Assembly (NCBI GenBank): GCA_007375995.1
Contig: VMFK01000005.1
Span: 1 to 33,748 of the forward strand
Length of the DNA: 33,748 nucleotides
Source: Parcubacteria group bacterium Gr01-1014_56
GTDB lineage: Bacteria; Patescibacteriota; Minisyncoccia; Phycocordibacterales; SBAW01
Direction of reading: 5' to 3'
In this document: in pieces, positions 8,032-15,280 of the stretch
Numbering within the stretch: the stretch's first letter is position 1
How the letters are laid out: each line of letters begins with the position of its first letter
Translations under genes and position numbers: made by a program
Notes under the pieces: model-generated
The model's input: the letters and a program-made list of their open reading frames with translations, nothing else
The model's database searches: none
Told to the model about the DNA's origin: nothing

Positions 8032-8490
8032 TTAAGGGGTCAGTTTTTTTATATTCGAAATATACCTGACCTCGTTTGACAATATTTCTCCATTCTTAAA
8101 ATCTTCAGCAATTTTTTGTGGGAGGATTCGAATAGTATCCGTTATATCAGCCCAGCATATATCAAATAGTTCATGTGCGTGAGATCTCGTAAGTTTTTCA
8201 AAGTCTATATACTCCTTGGCATTAATTACCTCAAAGAAAAATTCAACTGGTTGAACATTTCCCTTATCAATAAAGGTATTTATGTAGAGCAGCTTCCCTA
8301 TCTTAGGTTCAATTCCAAGTTCTTCAAGAATCTCTCTACGCAAACATTCTTTTACATCTTCCCCGGAGTTCAGATGGCCTCCAGGCAAAGCGTAATAATC
8401 TGCCTCCCTTGTGTGTTTTACGACTAACAATTTACCGTCATTAAGAATGACTCCCCTGCACCGTATAATAAATTTTTCGTGAGCGTTCAT
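8032..8490 (-). CDS. Nudix hydrolase
   Basis: Nudix box 'GGHLNSGEDVKECLRREILEELGI'. Confidence 0.8.
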   Translation of the reverse strand: MNAHEKFIIRCRGVILNDGKLLVVKHTREADYYALPGGHLNSGEDVKECLRREILEELGIEPKIGKLLYINTFIDKGNVQPVEFFFEVINAKEYIDFEKLTRSHAHELFDICWADITDTIRILPQKIAEDFKNGEILSNEVRYISNIKKLTP

Positions 8491-8493
8491 AAT

Positions 8494-8835
8494 TTATTCT
8501 AACTCAAAACCAAGCAACCCAAATTGTGGAATTTCTTTATCATAATTAGGATAAGAGGCATATATTTTCTTCATTTCTTCAACCGACTCAATGCGCGGCA
8601 TTATTTTTTTGAAAGGAATTTCTGCAAGCATTGCGTCAATACTAGGCCAGTAGTATTTCTTCAAGACTTTTTTTGTAAATGTATCATCACCACAAACAAA
8701 CTCTAGATTATCCCCTTCTGTAATAATCTGATATTTCGATTTTGCAGCCCGAGTCTCAATAACCTTCAGTCCACTTCGCACATCCTCAAACCCCTCTCTG
8801 TCTACTTCCCTAAACTCCAATACGCGGGCTTTCAT
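8494..8835 (-). CDS. ASCH-domain-like small protein
   Basis: 113 aa. The 'GLKVIETRAAKSKYQ..GD.L.F' beta-barrel pattern is typical of ASCH/PUA-like proteins. Recognition by eye only. Confidence 0.55.
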   Translation of the reverse strand: MKARVLEFREVDREGFEDVRSGLKVIETRAAKSKYQIITEGDNLEFVCGDDTFTKKVLKKYYWPSIDAMLAEIPFKKIMPRIESVEEMKKIYASYPNYDKEIPQFGLLGFELE

Positions 8836-9563
8836 TTACTATACTTTCGAACAAACGAATAGGTCTCATTAAATAATTCTTTCTCTGTATCTCCTTCGTC
8901 AAAGGTATGATACGCACTCTTAATTACACTGAATTCTTTTGGTACCTCAGCATATTTGTAATACTCCTTCCCAGTTTTTATTAAATGACCTTTACCTGCA
9001 ACAATTACTTTGAAAGGTTTGGTGATTTTTTTGACTGCGTCTTTTGGTCTAGGAAAGTTCATCCATTCGTTATACATTTCTTTACTCATCACATGTTGTA
9101 CTCCCCAGGTAGCGAGATACGCATTAATTCTTTTCTCATATACCAAGTCTGTGCGGTTTCTTCCTTTTAGACTATAAGTACCATCCCAGAGAATTACCCC
9201 GTCTATTACTGACGAATCTGACAGCAAAATAGTTATTCCTCCTAAACTATGCCCAACAACAAAAATCTTTTTATATTTTTTTCTAAAATACTTGATGACT
9301 ATATTGAGATCTTGCGCGTGGGTAGAGATACTGCAATCTTGTAGCATTCTTGCATGTAGAGCGTCCGTATAGAGATCAAAGCGGAATGAAGCAATACCTT
9401 TTTTCTCAAAAAATCTCGCGCCATTGTAGAAAATATGTTCATTAGAATGCCCCGTAAGACCATGTACAAATATCACAAGAGTTGAGCTTGGTTTCTTAGG
9501 CAATTCTAGAGTCCCATATATCAAATGCTTGTCCGGCGTTTTTATCTTTAAAAATTTTTCCAT
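8832..9563 (-). CDS. Alpha/beta hydrolase
   Basis: 'VIFVHGLTGH' oxyanion region and 'VVGHSLGG' nucleophile elbow. 4-nt overlap with the ASCH gene. Confidence 0.75.
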   Translation of the reverse strand: MEKFLKIKTPDKHLIYGTLELPKKPSSTLVIFVHGLTGHSNEHIFYNGARFFEKKGIASFRFDLYTDALHARMLQDCSISTHAQDLNIVIKYFRKKYKKIFVVGHSLGGITILLSDSSVIDGVILWDGTYSLKGRNRTDLVYEKRINAYLATWGVQHVMSKEMYNEWMNFPRPKDAVKKITKPFKVIVAGKGHLIKTGKEYYKYAEVPKEFSVIKSAYHTFDEGDTEKELFNETYSFVRKYSK

Positions 9564-9605
9564 ATCTGCACTCTATAATTAACTCCCCTCCTTGTCTATA
9601 TAACC

Positions 9606-9628
9606 CCAGCAAGGTCGAACCTTGCTGG
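9606..9628. repeat. Hairpin CCAGCAAGG-tcgaa-CCTTGCTGG carrying the AAGGTCGAACCTT core
   Basis: 9-bp stem read directly. Lies in the divergent region between the 9563 (-) and 9715 (+) starts. Confidence 0.6.
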
Positions 9629-9714
9629 AATCACAATTTTTAACATATTTGGTGTGTGTTAGCGTATATACAGACGGCACAAAATTCACTCAAAACAAAC
9701 TGAGGAGGAAAACT

Positions 9715-9990
9715 ATGTCAGATACTACAATGGGCAGTGCTTTTACTGCCGTGTTAGACGACAGCGATAAAAGCAAAGGAAATCTCTCATATGAGCTACA
9801 TGGAGTGTTGAGGGTAATTCCCTTGATAGCCAAACATCTCGACAATCGAGTAAAGCTGATCGTCTCAATCGAAGCCGTATGCAAACGTTTCCAAATAGGT
9901 TTGGAAAGCGGGCTAACCGGCACTTTGGCCGCCAAGGCAATAAACGCACTCAACGAAGCAGAGGCACAGCGATGGGCTGAATCCCAGTGA
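9715..9990 (+). CDS. Hypothetical protein (91 aa)
   Basis: ATG at 9715 is preceded by GAGGAGG with 6-nt spacing. The longer track ORF (9622) lacks any RBS. A strong terminator follows. Confidence 0.55.
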   Translation: MSDTTMGSAFTAVLDDSDKSKGNLSYELHGVLRVIPLIAKHLDNRVKLIVSIEAVCKRFQIGLESGLTGTLAAKAINALNEAEAQRWAESQ

Positions 9991-10004
9991 AATACTTTTA
10001 AACA

Positions 10005-10060
10005 GGCTCTATTTCGAGAGCCGGGCGCACCAAGGGTCAGACCCTTGGTGCGCTACTTTG
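10005..10060 (+). terminator. Tandem hairpins ending in a T-rich tract
   Basis: GGCTCT-atttcg-AGAGCC, then GCGCACCAAGGGT-cag-ACCCTTGGTGCGC (13 bp), followed by TACTTTGTTTG. Confidence 0.65.
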
Positions 10061-10061
10061 T

Positions 10062-10625
10062 TTGTGTAGTAAGCAGATTTCTGGTATAGTGTTCAAAACC
10101 ACTTTGGACCACACTCGAATCAACCATCAGATCCGCGCGGCAGAGGTGCGCGTCATAGGCCCCGAGGGCGAAAACTTCGGTTTACTTGCCCTCTCTGAGG
10201 CGCTCCATCGTGCTGAAGAGGCCGGCTTAGACCTTATAGAGATCTCCCCCAACGCGGTGCCCCCGGTTGCAAAAATCATGGAATATGGTAAATTCCAATA
10301 CGAACAGTCGAAAAAGCGCAAGGATATAAAGGCCAAATCGCATACGACTGAAACCAAGGGGGTCCAGGTCAAAATTGGCACTGGCGAACACGACCTCAAC
10401 TTGAAGGCCAAAAGAGCAGCCGAGTGGCTCTCGGAGGGTCATCGGGTGCGGGTCGACCTGTTTTTGTGGGGTCGCTACAAATACATGGAATTCAATTTCC
10501 TGAAGGGCCGCCTAGAGCAGTTTCTTAAAATGATACCGCATGAGTACAAGCTGGCTGAACCGATAGGCAAAAGCCCAAAAGGCCTCTCAACGACGATCGA
10601 GCGAGTAAGCAAAAAAATAAACTAG
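10062..10625 (+). CDS. infC: Translation initiation factor IF-3
   Basis: 'RINHQIRAAEVRVIGPEGE..G..ALHRAEEAGLDLIEISPNAVPPVAKIMEYGKFQYE' is classic IF-3. The true start is uncertain (in-frame ATT 10077, ATA 10086, GTG 10089, TTG 10104); IF-3 often uses non-AUG starts. Confidence 0.9.
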   Translation: MCSKQISGIVFKTTLDHTRINHQIRAAEVRVIGPEGENFGLLALSEALHRAEEAGLDLIEISPNAVPPVAKIMEYGKFQYEQSKKRKDIKAKSHTTETKGVQVKIGTGEHDLNLKAKRAAEWLSEGHRVRVDLFLWGRYKYMEFNFLKGRLEQFLKMIPHEYKLAEPIGKSPKGLSTTIERVSKKIN

Positions 10626-10629
10626 CAAC

Positions 10630-10830
10630 ATGAAAACGAACAAAGCATTTACAAAAAGACTCAAAATCACCCGTACGGGGAAGATTATTGCGCGCAAACC
10701 TGGGAAGAATCATTTTAATGCCAAGGAGAGCCGCTCAACACAGATGGCTGGTAACCGCTCACAGCAACTAACCTTGACCCCAAAGGTCTCGCAGCGCTAC
10801 ATCGGTACTGCATCTAAATCACGTAACTAA
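10630..10830 (+). CDS. rpmI: 50S ribosomal protein L35
   Basis: 'MKTNKAFTKRLKITRTGKIIARKPGKNH' and its position between infC and rplT. Confidence 0.85.
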   Translation: MKTNKAFTKRLKITRTGKIIARKPGKNHFNAKESRSTQMAGNRSQQLTLTPKVSQRYIGTASKSRN

Positions 10831-10849
10831 ACAAGAGTAATAAAACTGT

Positions 10850-11203
10850 ATGGCACGCGTCAAAGGAGGCAAAACATCAAATAAGCGCCGCAAGAATATC
10901 TTGGCGATGACCAAGGGCTACCGCTTTGGCCGCTCGACCAAAAAGCGCCAGGCGCGCGAGGCGATATTCCACGCAGGTAAGTACGCGTTTGCACACCGCC
11001 GCGACAAGAAGAACGATTTTAAACGTTTGTGGAATGTCCGCATCAACGGCGGGCTTGATACAATGGGTGGCTCTCTCTCCTACAGCAAGCTTAAGGGTGC
11101 CCTAAATAAAAAAGGTATTTTGTTAAACCGCAAAATGCTCGCTACGTTAGCAGAGCAAAATCCTGAGAGTTTCGCGAGGATAATTTCCAAGGTTCGACCT
11201 TAA
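10850..11203 (+). CDS. rplT: 50S ribosomal protein L20
   Basis: 'MARVKGGKTSNKRRKNILAMTKGYRFGRS...FAHRRDKKNDFRRLW' pattern. Confidence 0.95.
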   Translation: MARVKGGKTSNKRRKNILAMTKGYRFGRSTKKRQAREAIFHAGKYAFAHRRDKKNDFKRLWNVRINGGLDTMGGSLSYSKLKGALNKKGILLNRKMLATLAEQNPESFARIISKVRP

Positions 11204-11230
11204 TATCAGGGCTCTCCAAGGTCGAACCTT
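11189..11230. terminator. 13-bp inverted repeat AAGGTTCGACCTT / AAGGTCGAACCTT between convergent genes
   Basis: Arms at 11189-11201 (overlapping the rplT stop) and 11218-11230. Each arm is itself a mini-palindrome. Same core as the hairpin at 9606-9628. Confidence 0.5.
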
Positions 11231-11234
11231 TAGC

Positions 11235-11837
11235 TCATGCCTGGTCGGTTGGGTCGAAGTGGAACGACGCGCGGTTTATTTTGTCTTTGTTGATGAGTTC
11301 AATAACCCGCTCCACGAGTGCTTTTGGGTCGGTATCAAATACGATCCGGTCGTTAGGGCGGTGAGCGTTTTCAACTATATTTTTTATCACTTCGTCGGTC
11401 TCCCAGCCTGCCTCCAAAATACCGATCGGCTTCCTGTCCTCAAAGGCAATAGTAAACTCGTGTATTGTCCCGATGCGTCCGCAGCCAAAAAACACCGCGT
11501 CTGACGCTCTCGTGAGTATGAGGTCGCGGCCCGGGTAGCCAAAGCCAGTATAAATAATCACATCCATGTATTCGATCGGGAGGTTGTAGCTCTCGACGTG
11601 CTCCTTCTCTGTCGATGCGGGAGAAAAGCCAAGTGAGAAGCCCCCCGCCTCTTTAGCGCCCATCGCCGACCACAGCGGGAAACCTGTCGTAGCACCGGTA
11701 ACGATAATCGCACCGTGCTTGGCGATCTCACGGCCAAGCGCTACCCCCTTGTCGTATGCATCAATACCGCAATGGCCAGTTTCGGCCGCGCCAGAGACAC
11801 ACAATTTTACCTGCAAGTGAGCGTGCTTTGGGTCCAT
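11235..11837 (-). CDS. TIGR00725/LOG-like (SLOG superfamily) Rossmann-fold protein
   Basis: 'VSGAAE..C...A..LGREIAKHGAIIVTGATTG....AMGAKEAGG.SLGFSP' and 'SDAVFFGCGRIGTIHEF' match the COG1611/TIGR00725 pattern. Confidence 0.6.
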   Translation of the reverse strand: MDPKHAHLQVKLCVSGAAETGHCGIDAYDKGVALGREIAKHGAIIVTGATTGFPLWSAMGAKEAGGFSLGFSPASTEKEHVESYNLPIEYMDVIIYTGFGYPGRDLILTRASDAVFFGCGRIGTIHEFTIAFEDRKPIGILEAGWETDEVIKNIVENAHRPNDRIVFDTDPKALVERVIELINKDKINRASFHFDPTDQA

Positions 11838-11856
11838 AGCGTAACTCTATTGTAAC

Positions 11857-13224
11857 TTAGAAATCGATCTGTACTTTCTCCCCCGTCTCAGGCGCTGTCG
11901 CTTTAACGCCAAGATAGTCGCGGATGCGCTGCACCAAAAAACTTGCCGAGGAGGGCTCTCCCATCACAACAAACACTTGGCTTAATGAGGGAGTAGTTTT
12001 GTTTACAAATTCAAGCAGCTGCTCGCCGTCCATATGCGCCGAGTAGCCATATATAGCCTCAACTGTGCATTTAACAGGGGTTTTCTCTCCCATCAAAAAT
12101 ACGTTTTTTTCTCCCTCAATAAGACGCCGCCCAAGGCTCCCCGCAGACTGGTATCCAACAATGAGCAAAGTCGATTTTGCATCCGGGAGTATATATTTTT
12201 GATATCCGTGCACGCGACCGCCGTTGCTCATACCACTACCTGCGATCACAATTTTAGGGCCGGGGAGCCCTGCTACTCTTTTTGACTCCTCTATTGTTTC
12301 TACAAACGTAAGTTCAGGGAATTCAAAAATATTTTCTCCGCCCTCAATGCGCGCTTGTATGTCGCTCGAGAAATACGACGGGTGAGCAAGAAAAGCGGCA
12401 GTTATTTTACTTGCAAGTGGTGAGTCGATATATACCGGCACCGAAGGCACTCTTTTTTCTACCATCAGCGTACGGATCTCAAACAAGAGGTCTTGCGTTC
12501 GCTCGGTTGAGAACGCTGGGATAAGCAACGTGCCTCCGCGCGTTACTGAGTTTTCGATAGTGTCTTCGAGTAGTTGCCGCCTGTCTTCGTCCTTGCCGCG
12601 CACCCGGTCGCCGTAGACGCTTTCCATCACCAAATACTGCGCGCCCTCAAGTACCTCGGCGTGCGGAAGCAAGGGTGAGTTTCCTCCACCAAGGTCGCCG
12701 GTAAAAACAAGGTTTTTCCCTCCGCGTTCAAACCGCACGAGTGCAGAGCCCAAGATGTGGCCCGAGTTTATAAACTCCGCAGTGCAATCACTGGGTAAGT
12801 CGACTTTTTGGTGATACCCTACTCCCTCCCACAACTCCATCGCACGCGCGATGTCGTGTTCGTCGTACAGCATCTCGTGGTTATGTTTGCGCGCATCGTG
12901 CGCGAGGAGCTCTTGACTGTCTAAGAGAAGTGGCTCCGCCAAAGCGCGAGTCGCCTCGGTTGAAATAATCCGGCCCTTAAAGCCGTCTTTTACCAGCTTG
13001 GGTATTTTGCCGATATGGTCTATGTGTGCGTGCGTGACAAAAAGAAACGGGATACTCCCCGGCTCGTAGGGAAAGGGCCCCCAGTTTATCTCCTCAGCGT
13101 TATGTCTGCCTTGTGAGAGACCGCAATCGATAAGAATCTTCGTATCCCCTATGTCGACTAAAAAATTAGAGCCAGTGACTGTGCCGGCACCGCCGTAAAA
13201 ATATATGGTAGAAGTCTGCGACAT
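11857..13224 (-). CDS. Metallo-beta-lactamase fold beta-CASP ribonuclease (CPSF/RNase J-like)
   Basis: 'FVTHAHIDHIG' (HxHxDH) and later His/Asp motifs ('NSGHILGSA', 'GYSAHMD'). Start set at ATG 13224 (MSQTSTIYFYGGAG). Confidence 0.85.
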   Translation of the reverse strand: MSQTSTIYFYGGAGTVTGSNFLVDIGDTKILIDCGLSQGRHNAEEINWGPFPYEPGSIPFLFVTHAHIDHIGKIPKLVKDGFKGRIISTEATRALAEPLLLDSQELLAHDARKHNHEMLYDEHDIARAMELWEGVGYHQKVDLPSDCTAEFINSGHILGSALVRFERGGKNLVFTGDLGGGNSPLLPHAEVLEGAQYLVMESVYGDRVRGKDEDRRQLLEDTIENSVTRGGTLLIPAFSTERTQDLLFEIRTLMVEKRVPSVPVYIDSPLASKITAAFLAHPSYFSSDIQARIEGGENIFEFPELTFVETIEESKRVAGLPGPKIVIAGSGMSNGGRVHGYQKYILPDAKSTLLIVGYQSAGSLGRRLIEGEKNVFLMGEKTPVKCTVEAIYGYSAHMDGEQLLEFVNKTTPSLSQVFVVMGEPSSASFLVQRIRDYLGVKATAPETGEKVQIDF

Positions 13225-13228
13225 GTGT

Positions 13229-13612
13229 TTATGATTTTTTGCTTCGACTCGCAAACCAATATACTCCAAATGCAACGAAAGCCCCAAAAAGATCATCGCC
13301 CAGGTCCTTTAGTGTATCAAACCAATAGCCGTCCTCACCCTCCGTAAGCCCGCTCACATACTCAAACAGCTCCCAGACTGAGCCCACTGCAATAGCAAGC
13401 AAAAGTACACACACAAACGTTCGACGAAATGAGAATTGTCTGCGAGTAGCGAGCGCGAGACCCCAAAAACCGATCGTGAGGCCTCCGACCATATGGATCG
13501 GTATATCAAACCACGGGTAGTACCAAAAATAAAATCTATCAAGTCCAACCCAATATAAAAATGCAGTGAGCAAAGCGCTCAGGACAGTGAGTATATTAAA
13601 AATAATTGACAT
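13229..13612 (-). CDS. Integral membrane protein (4 TM), function unknown; possible paralog of 26814-27212
   Basis: Hydrophobic segments. Shared motif skeleton with 26814-27212: I.H...GL..G..GL, (W/Y)E.FE, L.D(L/V). Confidence 0.6.
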   Translation of the reverse strand: MSIIFNILTVLSALLTAFLYWVGLDRFYFWYYPWFDIPIHMVGGLTIGFWGLALATRRQFSFRRTFVCVLLLAIAVGSVWELFEYVSGLTEGEDGYWFDTLKDLGDDLFGAFVAFGVYWFASRSKKS

Positions 13613-13816
13613 GTAAGTTCAGATACACAAAATCCCGCCCATGGCTCATGAACCAGTGCGGGGTCCTGTAGCGGACTTCGAAAGCAAGTGTCTACCTTTA
13701 GCAACGTGGGTGCTCTATGGCAGTACCAAGATACTACACACCTCGAGCTCCCTGTAGATTCACTTAAGGACATTTGCCTTCGCCGTCCTCTTTTAGTATA
13801 GCACCGCCTAAAAAAA
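13613..13816 (-). other. Long non-coding, hairpin-rich intergenic region: candidate 5' leader of the membrane-protein gene or a small RNA
   Basis: No convincing ORF. Several 5-6 bp hairpins (GTCC-tgtagc-GGAC at 13663-13676, CTACA..TGTAG at 13734-13757, AGGAC..GTCCT at 13767-13789). Long-range GGTGCT (13709-13714) / AGCACC (13800-13805) pairing is possible. Confidence 0.3.
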
Positions 13817-13858
13817 GCAAGGTACTGTGCGAACAGTGCAAGGTGCTGTGCGAACAGT
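13817..13858. repeat. Tandem 21-nt direct repeat (2 copies, 20/21 identical), each containing an ACTGT-GCGA-ACAGT hairpin
   Basis: GCAAGGTACTGTGCGAACAGT / GCAAGGTGCTGTGCGAACAGT read directly. Starts 12 nt downstream of the ndk stop. An A7 run (13810-13816) gives U7 on the minus strand. Confidence 0.85.
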
Positions 13859-13869
13859 ATAAAATACTT

Positions 13870-14454
13870 TTACTCATCTACCCCAAAACGCTTGTATTTA
13901 AAGACCGATTTCTTGCCAAACCAATGCCCTATCTCGTGCCTTGCTTCCTGAGCGGTTTCGCTGGCGTGCACCAAATTAAACACCGCTCTGCGCTCGGCAT
14001 TAGCGTTGACTGGAGAATCTGCTGAGAAATCTCCACGGATAGTACCCATGTCAGCCAAGTAGGGCATGGTCGGCCCCGTGATCTTGCGGACCATGTCAAC
14101 CGCATGTACTCCTTGCACTACTATTTTGACCATGGGAGCCGAGGACATAAAATCGAGGAGCCATCCGCGCACGGTCTTCCCTACTCGGTTGAGGTCGCTG
14201 GTGCCGAAATCTTTTTTGATGTCGTAGCCGTACTTTGCATAGGTCGCCATTGTTTTCTCTCCCAGGCGGCGTACCCATGCCTCGTCTTTAGGATAATGAC
14301 GATCCATCTCCTTGCGCGATGCGTGGAACATCTCAAGCGCGACGATTTTCATGTCGCGTTGTTCAAAGCGCTTAATGATCTCGCCGACAAGACCTTTGCG
14401 CACGCCGTCAGGCTTGATAAGGACAAAAGTCTTTTCCTCCTTCGGATTTAACAT
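13870..14454 (-). CDS. ndk: Nucleoside diphosphate kinase with internal insertions
   Basis: 'TFVLIKPDGVRKGLVGEIIKRFE', 'GTIRGDF' and the catalytic-His context 'NLVHAS'. About 50 aa longer than canonical NDK. Confidence 0.8.
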   Translation of the reverse strand: MLNPKEEKTFVLIKPDGVRKGLVGEIIKRFEQRDMKIVALEMFHASRKEMDRHYPKDEAWVRRLGEKTMATYAKYGYDIKKDFGTSDLNRVGKTVRGWLLDFMSSAPMVKIVVQGVHAVDMVRKITGPTMPYLADMGTIRGDFSADSPVNANAERRAVFNLVHASETAQEARHEIGHWFGKKSVFKYKRFGVDE

Positions 14455-14518
14455 GCCCGCACTTTAGCGCAGGTAAGACATTTTTACAAGCTATCTCAAA
14501 GCGAGGACCTTTCTTAAT

Positions 14519-15280
14519 TTATTTTGTTAAAATTTCAGGTCCGTCTTTAGTAACCAAAATAGTGTGCTCAAAATGCGCTGCACGGGAGTCGTCGCGCATG
14601 CTGTAAGTCCAGTCATCGCCGAGGAGTGTGACAGCTCCGTTTCCTTCTGCAAGCATAGGTTCGAGCGCGAGTACCATACCTTCTACAATTTTTTCTCCCT
14701 CGCCAGCGTTGCCAAAATTGGCGATAAAAGGTTTTTCATGTACCGCCTTCCCTACCGCATGTCCCCCCAGGTCCTCAACAATAGAGAGTTTGGTGCGTTT
14801 TGACACAGTCTCCACTGCAGCGCCAATGTCGCCCACGTGGTTGCCTACTTTTGCAGCAGCAATTGCGACATTCAGTGCCTCGCGGGTGGTTTCGATCAGT
14901 TTTTTTGCATCAGCATCACACTCTCCCGCGCACACGGTCACCGCTGAGTCGACATAATACCCTTGGTAGGAAAGCCCCAGATCAAGCGACACAATGTCGC
15001 CATTTTCCAACACTCTGTCTTGGGAGGGGATACCGTGCACCACCTCCTCGTTTATTGAAACACAGAGCACCGCAGGGAACGGGCGCTTCATGCCTTCGGG
15101 TTTGTAGCCTAAAAACGCCGGCTTACATCCGCGTCTACGGATCCCCTCCTCGGCTAAGAGGTCGAGTGCCGCAGTCGTAATGCCTGGTCGTACTTGTTTG
15201 GAGAGTTCTTGTAAAACCTCTGCAAGTGCTCGGCCAGCGGTACGCAAATGCTCTATCTGGTCTTGGGTGTTTGCTATCAC
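14519..15280 (-). CDS. map: Methionine aminopeptidase, type I
   Basis: 'VVHGIP', 'GDIVSLDLG', 'GGHAVG', 'LALEPM' and 'HFEHT' metal-ligand motifs. GTG start overlaps the adk stop (GTGA). Confidence 0.95.
   Translation of the reverse strand: MIANTQDQIEHLRTAGRALAEVLQELSKQVRPGITTAALDLLAEEGIRRRGCKPAFLGYKPEGMKRPFPAVLCVSINEEVVHGIPSQDRVLENGDIVSLDLGLSYQGYYVDSAVTVCAGECDADAKKLIETTREALNVAIAAAKVGNHVGDIGAAVETVSKRTKLSIVEDLGGHAVGKAVHEKPFIANFGNAGEGEKIVEGMVLALEPMLAEGNGAVTLLGDDWTYSMRDDSRAAHFEHTILVTKDGPEILTK

Noticed and set aside
10005-10022. Shared 12-mer CTATTTCGAGAG with 26761-26772
   Set aside because: Tens of coincidental 12-mer matches are expected in a 33.7-kb window counted on both strands. The flanks do not align.
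11189-11201. tRNA T-arm-like sequence AAGGTTCGACCTT
   Set aside because: The loop is only 5 nt and there is no acceptor, D or anticodon arm around it. It lies inside the rplT coding end and is part of the hairpin-repeat family instead.
13579-13773. 64-aa minus-strand ORF in the structured gap
   Set aside because: It is Cys-rich with an odd composition. It overlaps the start of the membrane-protein gene out of frame, and its only SD-like GAAGG is too close (4 nt) to the ATG.
13613-13816. Known RNAs: SRP RNA, RNase P, tmRNA and the purine/glycine riboswitches
   Set aside because: There are only short resemblances: GAAGUCCGCUACAGG versus RNase P CR-I, GCAAGUGUCUACC versus the purine J2/3, and GGCGAAGGCAAA versus the glycine core. 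The GGAAGCAGC SRP motif is absent. The region is too short for RNase P or tmRNA, and the purine-like match is on the strand with no downstream gene.
13817-13858. Possible CRISPR array or minimal repeat array
   Set aside because: There are only two directly abutting 21-nt units, with no spacers and no cas genes. This is a tandem duplication of a hairpin, not a CRISPR.
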